Shown piece after piece: positions 52,901 through 62,767 of a DNA stretch of 64,000 nt; position 1 is the first letter of the stretch; every line of letters begins with the position of its first letter. The notes below the pieces were generated by a model that was not told the origin of the DNA, did not search any database, and saw only the letters and a list, made by a program, of their open reading frames with translations. The position numbers were made by a program, and so were the translations under genes. Source of the stretch: Tubulanus polymorphus (lineage: Eukaryota; Animalia; Nemertea); the NCBI RefSeq assembly GCF_964204645.1, contig NC_134027.1, positions 10,448,485 to 10,512,484 on the forward strand. Direction: 5' to 3'.

Positions 52901-55900
52901 AATGTACAATTATAGGTAATATAAGTACAAACTAGGTTTAACATACAATATAAAATCAGCCACAAAATAAAGTTTTTAAAGTGGGGAAACTTAGGGGTAC
53001 TGAAATACAGCCAAATACAATAGTTGGTTCGAAATTCAATAGAAAATAGATCATTGATAGAATGACTGATTAAAATGCAGTCAACTTAAATCTAGTACGT
53101 AAATAACATTATTTTTTCCTGGTGGCATTTTTCCTTCTATACAAAAAGTGGCATTTTTACCGGTGGCATTTTGTCCTATGTTGCAAAATTTTGTGGCATT
53201 TTTTTCGGTGGAATTTTTTCCGTATACCATTGCCAAATTTGACGGCTGTAGGTAACGTGGCTTAAGAGGTTTAACGTAACGTCTAACGATGCGATTTCAT
53301 AGAAACTGAAAGCAACATCTTAAACTCCATTTACAGAAATTCGACAGTACACTAGCCCAACACGCACAAGCCTACGCAGATAAGTGTCAGTTTTATCACG
53401 ACAGTGCCGAGCTGACAAATTACGGAGAAGGAGAAAATCTGGGTTACAGGTCGAGCAAAGCTAGCGCGACGACAGCCGAAGTCAAGGCGGATGTCACCTA
53501 CAGTCTGGACGCTTGGTACAATGAGAAATCTAACTACAATTATGCCAGTAACAACGCAATCGATCCCAATATACAAATCGGTCATTACAAACAGGTGACT
53601 TTAAAGATTGCTGTAGCTATATTCCTGGAACAAGTAGTCGGATCGGAGAAATTCTGTATCGAACACTTTCATGAATTATTCGATGAATTAACCGGATGAC
53701 TATAAGTAATTCTTATGCCACTAAATCGTGGCCTGAACATCGTATTCAGGGTGTACTGAATTTGCAATTCTCCCTTGAAGAGCAGAAGATTCTCCAATTA
53801 TGCACTTACATTGTGCCACGTCATTATTTGTTGTGGGCGTTACTAAATGATTTCTTTTTCAGTTTGTCTACCATTCAGCAACAAAAATAGGCTGCGGCTA
53901 CAAATTTTGCACGTCCCTCGCTACAAGAGCAGCATCGAAATCAAACGTTGCGAACGTAGTATGTCGCTATGATAAGGCGTAAGTGGAAAAAAAATATTTC
54001 TTATCTTCGTATTTGAAGCATTGACTATTCTAGATGAAAATTAGTATAAATAAAATGAACCCGCATAGTACTCGCAAGATACTCCCTTTTCGCTTTCGAT
54101 ATTTTTCGATAGTCTTTTTTGAGAAATGCAAACTATCGCCATATCTTGATACGTGAGATGTTCGGGCAGAACTTCTATTTATATGTATTCCCTTAACCAA
54201 TTATCGAGATGTCCAATATACCCGAACATCGATAGACTGGAAGCATGGAGAATATTTTCAATTGCCATCGTAAATAGTTTTCGATGTTGTTAATTCAAAT
54301 CCGACTGAAGTAATCGGTTTTTGCTGCGAGGACATCCTGTTATTTTCAACCATATACTCTCATTCTTATGTGCAGGGTTTTAAGTGGATCAAAACCATAC
54401 GCCAAGGGAACTCCAGTCTGCGTGGGATGCAATCCTGGATGGTGCACATCAACTGGCCTTTGCTGTAAGTGACCAATGATCGTATTCACTTGAAAAAAAC
54501 ATGTCTATCCTGAAATAAACTCTTCCTTCGTGCGGTGATATTACTTTGGAATTACTTCGTGAAATGTTTTAATGCACACTTATAGCCATCTGTAATGTAC
54601 TTTTCAGTGAAAACTTGCACCACTGGATCGGGTTGTAGTAAGTATAATTCACATAGCGTAAAGCATCAATTTAATGTATGGTAAGCATGCGTTATGCATC
54701 TCATATTTCAAATCCTATCCTGGAGTAATGATTTGACTACTCCTATCTACCGATGATTAAGACATAACGTGTTTCATCGTGGCTTAAGGCTATTTCAATG
54801 AATAAGACGATCATCATCAGTTATTTAGTCAACCCCCACATCGGTCGCGGTTTTTCTGTTTTCGAAGTAATTTATCATATTCTTCTATTCACGAATTAAA
54901 TATCACCGATAACATAATATCATTTTTCAGATTGCAAGAAAGTTTGCCAAAATAGTGGCACCGTGGACCAGAATGCATGTACCTGTCAGTGCGCCAGTGG
55001 ATGGCAAGGAACAAGTTGCCAAAGTAAATAATTCCAACTGCGCGATTGAAATAGCAGACATCAGGCCTTCCGTCGACATTCACAATAAAGAAACTGACAT
55101 TTCCTCAAATTCAGTTATCTAATAAAGACATGCGTGTCATCATTTAGAACGATTGGAAGTCAAAGACACGTTATCAAAGACACCTTATTCGTTTTTCTAT
55201 CACTAGCCCAAAAGGTTTGCAATGATCATGCGAGCTGTACAAGTATGCAGATCTCAGCCTGTGATTTACCTATACCAAAAGAACTTGCTCCCATGTTCGG
55301 ACCGAAATTCAATGGAAAGAAAGTAAAAGTTGCGTGTCCAAAACTTTGTAATAATTGTGCAGGTAAGATTGATAATTGTGAACGTTTTTCTGATTCATTT
55401 CGTAAACTTTTATGGAAGGAAGTTCTTTTGATGGATTGATTATCAGATCAAATTACAGGAAATATACCAATGCCACTAAAATAGCCACTTGAATGAAATA
55501 ATCAGTTTCAATTCATTACAAGGAAAATTCGCAGACTTTTCCCTTCTAAGTACATATATTAATGAACAATTCGGTCCCTGCAAATATCTTTTACTATGGC
55601 AATTTGAGATTCATGCACAATTGTATTTTTCTAGCTGTTGTCGGAGGATCTGGAAGTACAACACAAGCAAGCGGAGGTAAAATATGGAATATTCTTCACC
55701 AGAATTGTGAATTATATGAACAGGCTAAAAATTACTTACTTCACAGTGAGAAGGTGTGGATTTATCGTACAAACATATAGCTTCATGGTTCCTTCAAATG
55801 ATTTTACAAGTATTGGTCAACGAGCTAACCAAAAATAATACGTTCTTTAAGGCTGATTTAACGTTTTCTACATTTGAATTGTTTTGTTACAGCTGCCAGT

Positions 55901-58900
55901 GTTACCGTCCCAACGGCTGTCACAGGTAAGCTGTCTACCGTAATGATAAGTGACCCCAATTAAGAGTAGACTGTTGATGTTACTGTATTTTAATTTCTAC
56001 TTTCAAAACCTTCTGTTCTAGGTACCAACAATGCTACAACAATGCAAACAAATGTCACAGGTAAATGAACATAGATATATAAATGAACCCATCCTCCCTT
56101 GACAGGTATTCAAACTTGATGGCATCGTATACCTGCGCAGTCTGGCTATAATCAGCCAGGGTTTCGAATGCCATCAGGTCCGTAACCTTGCCAATGCAGG
56201 ATGAGATGTACCCCGTACGGAAAGAAACCGTAAAACTTTTCAAGTGTCGAGTACTGTACATATTTCTGTTGCATATCACGCAAGTACAACAGGAACCACA
56301 GGAACAAATACTACAGATAATATACAAAAGCACTGATATGTATAAAGTGTACGTTATACCTTGGAGTAATCATCGAAGCATTCAATGATTACTCCAAGGT
56401 ACATGTAATACGTAAATATACATGTAGATTTACCGATACTTCCTCTACAGGTATTCGAACTTGATGGCACCGTACCTGCGCACTTGGGCTAATCAGCCTG
56501 GATTTCGTGCCGTGGTGAGTTTCGATTGCCATCAGGTCCGATTCCCTGCCAATGGAGGATGAGATGTACCCCGTAGGAAAATAAGCCGCAAAATTCTTGT
56601 GTCGAGTTGTAAAATATTCTTGTTGCATATCACGCAGGTACAAACGTTACCACGGGAACAACTACTGCAGGTATGTATAAAAGCACTTATATATAAAGTG
56701 TATGTAGTTGCCTTTGAATACCTTCCTTCACCCCACTCCAACACCACTGCGCTACAAGCATTTAAAGTAGACACGATCCACCTTTTACCAAATTTATATA
56801 CATTAGCAGATCCTGGCACACAACAGCTATTACAGCCAACATAGCCACAACAGTGGGATGAGATGGGATCATGTTCTTTTTTTTAATTCATGAACGCCAG
56901 GGATTGCTAGCACTGTATTATAAGTCATTAAAGTTAATCTACAGATCTAATGACTGTATTGACATTCTGAGGATGGAAAAATTGCTATACCTTGGAGAAA
57001 TCATCGAAGCATTCAATGATTACTCCAAGGTAATACGTAAATATACATGTAGATGTACCGATCCTTCCTCTACAGGTATTTGAACTTGATGGCACCGTAC
57101 CTGCGCACTTGGGCTAATCAGCCTGGATTTCGTGCCGTGGTGAGTTTCGATCGCCATCAGGTCCGATTCCCTGCCAATGGAGGATGAGATGTACCCCGTA
57201 GGAAAATAAGCTGCAAAATTCTTGTGTCGAGTTGTAAAATATTCTTGTTGCATATCACGCAGGTACAAACGTTACCACGGGAACAACTACTGCACGTATG
57301 TATAAAAGCACTTATATATAAAGTGTACGTAGTTGCCTTTGAATACCTTCCTACACCCCACCCCAACACCACTGCACTATTAGCATTTAAAGTAGAGACG
57401 ATCTTTTTCCAAATTTATATACATTAGCAGATCCTGGCACACAACAGCTATTACAGCCAACATAGCCACAACAGTGGGATGAGATGGGATCATGTATTTT
57501 CTTTTTAATTCATGAACGCCAGGGATTGCTAGCACTGTAGTATTAGTCATTAAAGTTATCCTACAGATCTAATGACTGTATTGACATTCTGAGGATGGAA
57601 AATTTGCTGTAGTATGACAAACGCCACAGATGTCAATGTAGAAAAAAAACGTCCGAGGCCAACAGTGTTGTTGTGAAGATTGTTTCATAAAAAATGGGAG
57701 CGTCTTTAACAAAATAGTCATCTTCTACGGTAGGACCGAATGTAACTAAGTTGCCGGAGAACACAAGTCAAAATGCGGCGCTAACGGGGACGGCCCTAAC
57801 AAATGGTCCGATCAAGGTCGTTTCCACCTCCAGCGGCTCGAAGGCGACAACCAAAATGGCAGGTTCCGTAACAACTATCGCGGGTATATCTGGGGGAACA
57901 GTTGTTTCAACGGCATTACAAGGAACAGCGTCTACAAAAGGCTCGATAAAGAGTGCGTCTACACCCGGCAAGTCCGGGGCAACAACCATGCAAAATAAAG
58001 TAACACCTACCGCGGGTGCATCTGGGGGAACACCTGCTCCAACGGCATTACCGGGAACAGCGTCTACAAAAGCTTCGATAAAGGCTGTGTCATCCACCAT
58101 CGGAGCCACCGGTAAAACAACAAGATGTTCTAAAAAAATGAACGGGACGAACAGCTGTTCCAAATCACCAAGCCTATCGATTCCTGCTGCAACTATAGGT
58201 ATTCAAACTAATTATCGAGGACTCATATCAGTCTATGTTTTTAATTCGTTCGACGCGCGTGTTTTTTTTTTATTTGTTCTTCGTCTGCAATTTTTGTATT
58301 GGAGTTTAATGTGTTGCTGTATTGTATGTGTGTATGTACTTACTCTCCTCACAATGATTGAATGTCATTCTTCGAACTATGCTAGCTTCAGTCGGTCCTG
58401 TAAAATGAAAGCTTTGTTTGCTCTCACGTGGACATTTTTTTCTCCACTCTATCAAACATATTTTTGGGGAGCGCTATTTTGTGTTCTCGTGTCATTTTAC
58501 ATTCTTGCGTGACATTTTACAACTACTTATGTCAATACTTTACTAAATCTTCGTGTCTCTGTCACGTCGCAATTCTATAGCGGACCACCGCAATGATAGC
58601 GTTGGCTCAGCAAGTTGTTCTCTAAAAAAATCGTACTATAGTACAATGGAACAATTCTAGAGCTAATGAAAATTTTAGATAGTTAGTATTAATAGATCGG
58701 TAACTAATACACATATTTTCATATTGCATGAATATGAATTTTTCAGCTCCGTGCACCAATCCGTGCTTGAATGGAGGAACTTTGATGCAGAAAGACTGTT
58801 CGTGCCAGTGTACGAAAACATTCATCGGAGCCAACTGCTCGACACCAGGTATATTGTATTCCGCACCCGCAACCAACGAATGAATAGTATTTCTCTTTTA

Positions 58901-61900
58901 AACTGTCGTATCCATTTCTATTAATCAACGCAAATTGCGGAATAAGCCAATCCAAACGCCCGCTGCAATAGTAAGTTTTGTCAACATGGAGGTCAACTTC
59001 TGGCAACATGTGAATGCAGATGTCCGAATGGATGGCAGGGACCAACTTGCACAGGTATGACCAACCAATGAATTCCAATTTTCCTTTGTTAAATCGTCTA
59101 AACGTACTCAAAAGTGTTTGAAATGTGGTATCTCTTTAGAGACATAGTTCAGGGGTACATGTATAATCCAAAAAACAACGTAAGTTATCATTTTTGTTCT
59201 TGTTTGCTTGCAGAGTCACAGAATGAAGCAAAATCTGGAGTCCTTTTAAATCTTAACGGGCCGATCTCGGTACAACCAAGTTTGGTATGTTTAAGTATAG
59301 AAATGAAGATTTACACGAAATGTTACAATTTGCTGAGAAATATTGATGTTGAATTTTTATGGAAAAATATAAGAAATCACGAGCAGAATATCTGCCTAGC
59401 TACAGGAAGTTCCGAATTCTATTTCATTGTGTCCGATGGACACCCTCGATTTTTGCCGTTTCTATTACACATGAATCTAAAAATCTTGGCCGTGGTTCTA
59501 TTAAAGTGGCAGAATTCGATGCTTTGGAACACGATAAACGCCGCAGTAACGGACGCAGTGAATACGTATTGCACCACGAACGACAACCAATACAAATCCT
59601 GTTGCGCCATCTCGTCAACAGCCGTTCTAACATACGACAAGTGCGTATAGACCCTTTGTTCTTCCTCCTTTAACTATCATTCATTGAGTTTGAGCATTGC
59701 AATGCTGATCGTATTTATGAATAGCTTGTATAGCAAATATAATACCTCTTATTTTTTGACATCGTAAAAGCCGTTACAATAAATGTTTATATACATTGAT
59801 ACCTAGTATGCGTTGTTCTGTGTTGAGTCGATGTGCACTACGTCATCAATATTTGCGTTTCAGAACAACGATTAAAATGAAAAATCTTGGCATTCATTTT
59901 CTGATATTATTTTGATAATTACTATTTGTATTTGAGAGGATGTGCACTATGTCATCAATGGATTGGGTTTAGACTGGTTGCCAGTCAATTCAATTATCGA
60001 CATATTCAAATCGAAAATAATTTCTTTGTTCAATTAGTAATATATAATTTATTGATTAAATTACATTATTCATTGTCGACAGTATTACGCTATACAATCA
60101 CATGTGTTTTTTTCAAGGCGGCAATAAACTTTCAAGTTCGTCTTTTTTTCTAAACTTCTGTCTGACTGTGTTCGTCATTTTCTTCAGCACAAAGAAGTAT
60201 ACCTCTGGACAATACATCCACACCGGACAAGGTTTTCCAGTTGTAACGGCTGGGAATGGTTTGAAAATATTGATATTCGTCAACCCGATCCCGGATAAAG
60301 CCGTGTGGCTGTGCACTACCGCAGCAGTCGGTCGTCGAAGACTTCTACAGACAGTACAACCTGGTAACGCTAAATGTCTATGAGACTATTACCTGTTCAA
60401 AGCAAACACGTTTTAACGATTCTTACGTGTGATCGTTTCATCACATGATCTTAAAATAGGATTGACCCTGTTAATTATTTGATTGTTACATTTCGTTTGA
60501 TTTGTTCTGATTTGGTGTCCCTTACAAACCCACTACACCTGCTGGGAACGAAACAGGGGGGGGGGGGGTGCTTTTTGCAAGGGTGTTATTTCATTCCATC
60601 ATCGCTTAAGATCAAACTTGATCCGTGCGAGAAACTTCCAAATGTACGGAAATGTTGCGATGAAATGCGATGAAGCGACGATGTGGGAAATCGCTAAGGT
60701 CTGCACCGGTGTAAGAGAATGAAACGCCTCCACGTATTCATGCCCCCTTTACAATAGATCTCAGGATTAAGGGTTATAGTTAGGGTCAACAGCCCCTTTA
60801 CGACTCTCAACTTAATCCGTAAATCTATTTTTGTGGGCATCTGATGTATATCGGGGTTAAAGATTGACATTATAACAGATATAATGCCGAATTTCTTTCG
60901 TGTGGCAATATGCAATTCAGTTCAATAGTTTTAATCACATATTATTTGTCGGTTCGTTTATATTTGCAGCCATAAAATTGCCACAAGACGCTTTGTTGGG
61001 CGCCGTACAGTCAGCGCAAACGACCATCGCCAGTGATACGAAAGCTTGCTGCAACGTGTCTTACGGCGGTGCGGCGAAAGCTGTGGTTCAGCCTCCGGTA
61101 CCACTGCCTCCGGATGACGATACTTTGAAACCGTGGCAAATAGCGCTGATCGTCATCGGTTGTCTACTGGTCGTATTGTTAATCGTCATCATAATCGTCG
61201 TCCTTTTTAATAAATCGAACAGGTAAGAGACAACATGTACTTACGAGATAACAGGGTACATTGGATTTACTCGAACTTATTACACGAAGTTTAAATCGAG
61301 TATCTATATTGTTGAATAAATTGCTTTGTTTGATTCTATTCTGAAATGAGGAATGCAGAGAGCAGAATCGAATAGTTCGGTTTCTTCAATTATTTGTTTA
61401 CCCATTAATTTGTCACAACAAGTTCAAAATGCGCATAACAATCACGTAACTCCTCCTGATCTATCATAAGGCTATTCAGGTTAAGCCCGATGGTTGCCAC
61501 ATACCTCTGGTATGTATGGCATTTGCCAACCAAATTGTTGGAAGAATAATGGAAATCTTCCGACACCGCTGTGAACATTGGCCCAGGTTGAGTACACACT
61601 TAGGGAAGTGAGCGGTGGCCTTTAGAAAAAAAAAATATCATCACAAGTCGGACGCGCACAGACGTACAAACGAGACAATAAAACGATTTACTCTTGTTTC
61701 GGCAAAACCTGCGAATATTTGGCAATGAACCAGTAGCATCTCGCTATCACATAACCTCAGTTTGATAAAACATATATGCACAGGTTTTCGGTTCGAAACG
61801 TGTTTTCAAACCTCTGTGTGCGCCTGACATTATGCGAGACCGTTTTGAAAAAATATGGATGCACCAAATCGTGCAAAGCAAGGGAGAAAATATCGATTTG

Positions 61901-62767
61901 GGTCCTCTTAAATGATACATATTTCATGTGGACGGGGCTTTTTATTTTTGATTAGAAAAGGGTTCGATGTAGGAAATCACGATTATAACATGACGGCTAC
62001 GTAAGTTGTACGCACCTTTCAGCTTGCTGATTGGTTCGGTTTGAACATTTTTTTCATTGATTTTCCCGCTGTTTGCATTTAATCCAATATAGAAAATACC
62101 GCAAAGATCCCAAAGTTGTCTACATCATAACGGAAAATCCTAGTGCTCGGTAAAGTAAAGGTTTGTTGAACAGGACTAGGAAATTTAGATGTCTAACCAA
62201 AATAGGACCACGCTTGCACTAATCATTCTTTTACATTGCTAATATTACAATCGAACGAAGGCTTTCAAGAACCTCCGTTCTCAGCCTTCTTTAAGTTCAC
62301 GCGTTCCTACACCAAAACAGCCGATTTTGATATCAAGAATCTTTTGCGACATTGTGTATACTACGCTTTGATAAGATAAACTAACCCTGTACTAATAATC
62401 TCTATGTACGGAATCGAGCTAACATACATTTATGTCGTCCTTGCACAATTAACACCTATTTAGATATACCTATACTTATCACATGCGAAATCCATTCTTC
62501 CGATACTTCCAACAGAGGTTTCGAGGTTTTTAACTCAATAATTGTGAGTGACTTGTTTCAATAACTGAAGTGATGATTCCTTCAAAAACTGAGCGTCTAA
62601 TATTGATATATCTCGCGCGTTATAATGTAGTTATTTATTGGTTTTTCTGTCTAAATGAATATTTCGTCTGTTGTTTCAGTAAAACATCGCCATCTGGCGA
62701 TAAGAACAACCACAGCAACGGCAACGGACATGCTCACGAATTCAACAACCGATCATTCGTCGAGTAG
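49737..62767 (+). CDS. Type-I membrane protein: SP-CAP(SCP/PR-1)-EGF-ShKT-mucin-EGF-EGF-juxtamembrane domain-TM. Exons 49737-49922, 53337-53594, 53863-53978, 54376-54464, 54608-54637, 54931-55023, 55207-55362, 55635-55676, 55893-55925, 56022-56060, 56638-56670, 57263-57295, 57734-58198, 58747-58848, 58947-59054, 59214-59284, 59507-59640, 60188-60363, 60970-61222, 61956-62000, 62093-62149, 62680-62767 (2607 nt, ~868 aa)
   Basis: All junctions are GT-AG, and phases chain without a frameshift or stop. Recognisable CAP motifs (HNQKR, GENL, WYNE, GHYKQ, IGCG, VVCRY), three 6-Cys EGF modules, ShKT (CPKLCNNC), a Thr/Ser/Gly-rich stalk, TM segment WQIALIVIGCLLVVLLIVIIIVVLF, and TAG at 62765-62767. 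Confidence 0.85.
52065..52385 (+). mobile_element. Repeat family H, copy 2, with a nested palindromic MITE (~52133-52237; related element at ~11700-11805)
   Basis: The family H sequence is interrupted by CAGTTCCACAGT...TTACTCTGAGTTAAC...ACTGTGGAACTG. Confidence 0.75.
52830..53228. mobile_element. Mutator/Merlin-like non-autonomous element with a 9-bp TSD
   Basis: actgccaaa|GGTTGTAGGAAAAAATGCCACCGG ... four GGTGGCATTTT-type subterminal repeats ... TTTTCCGTATACC|attgccaaa. Confidence 0.8.
53337..53594 (+). CDS. CAP-receptor exon 2: CAP core
   Basis: KFDSTLAQHAQAYADKCQFYHDSAELTNYGEGENLGY...SLDAWYNEKSNYNYASNNAIDPNIQIGHYKQ; acceptor ttacag, donor gtgact. Confidence 0.93.
53863..54637 (+). CDS. 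CAP-receptor exons 3-5 (53863-53978, 54376-54464, 54608-54637): end of CAP domain and Cys-rich hinge
   Basis: FVYHSATKIGCGYKFC...NVVCRYDKA / VLSGSKPYAKGTPVCVGCNPGWCTSTGLC / KTCTTGSGC. PY..G..C..C...C...LC is the CRISP/GLIPR-type hinge. Donors are gtaagt. Confidence 0.88.
54931..55023 (+). CDS. CAP-receptor exon: EGF-like module 1
   Basis: CKKVCQNSGTVDQNACTCQCASGWQGTSCQ; phase 1-1. Confidence 0.9.
55207..55362 (+). CDS. CAP-receptor exon: ShKT-like domain
   Basis: VCNDHASCTSMQISACDLP...KVACPKLCNNCA: six Cys with the C-x-D and CPxxCxxC ShKT pattern. Donor gtaaga. Confidence 0.85.
55635..57295 (+). CDS. CAP-receptor Thr-rich microexons (55635-55676, 55893-55925, 56022-56060, 56638-56670, 57263-57295)
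   Basis: Phase 1-1 exons of 33-42 nt encoding VVGGSGSTTQASG, ASVTVPTAVT, TNNATTMQTNVT and TNVTTGTTTA (twice), each with AG/GT ends. Confidence 0.65.
56356..57608 (+). repeat. Recent ~630-bp tandem duplication (56356-56986 / 56987-57608), plus an older partial copy at ~56085-56355
   Basis: Near-identical blocks; the track shows the duplicated ORFs MYLRDMQQEYFTTRHK... and MSSCKIFLLHITQVQTLPRE... Each copy carries one microexon. Confidence 0.93.
57734..58198 (+). CDS. CAP-receptor mucin-like exon with ~44-45-aa internal repeats
   Basis: Part of ORF 57751..58512. Repeats AALTGTALTNGPIK / TALQGTASTKGSIK / TALPGTASTKASIK. Acceptor ggtag at 57733, donor ATAG|gtattc. Confidence 0.8.
58747..59054 (+). 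CDS. CAP-receptor EGF modules 2 and 3 (58747-58848, 58947-59054)
   Basis: PCTNPCLNGGTLMQKDCSCQCTKTFIGANCSTP and NPNARCNSKFCQHGGQLLATCECRCPNGWQGPTCT. Confidence 0.88.
59214..61222 (+). CDS. CAP-receptor juxtamembrane domain and transmembrane helix (59214-59284, 59507-59640, 60188-60363, 60970-61222)
   Basis: Pieces appear in track ORFs 59114, 60102 and 60900, and phases 1-0-2-1-2 chain correctly. A ~24-residue hydrophobic helix is followed by NKSNR. Confidence 0.85.
59771..60145 (+). mobile_element. Repeat family A, copy 5 (intronic in the CAP-receptor gene)
   Basis: Same blocks, including the 3' GCAATAAACTTTCAAGTT end. Confidence 0.85.
60449..60560 (-). mobile_element. Repeat family C, truncated copy (intronic)
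   Basis: TCTTAAAATAGGATTG...TTGGTGTCCCTTACAAACCC...CACCTGCTGGGAACGAAACAGG. Confidence 0.75.
61956..62767 (+). CDS. CAP-receptor cytoplasmic tail exons (61956-62000, 62093-62149, 62680-62767)
   Basis: KGFDVGNHDYNMTAT / KYRKDPKVVYIITENPSAR / KTSPSGDKNNHSNGNGHAHEFNNRSFVE*; all phase 2. AATAAA at 62884. Confidence 0.7.

Noticed and set aside
56106-56220. Apparent exon after ...cccttgacag (also at 56451 and 57076)
   Set aside because: The phase-1 frame hits TGA within a few codons in all three copies, so it is treated as intronic duplicated sequence.
57768-58163. 131-aa minus-strand ORF
   Set aside because: Antisense shadow of the mucin-like exon.
58849-58946. U12-type intron
   Set aside because: The donor is gtatattg, not GTATCCTT, and there is no TCCTTAAC branch site.
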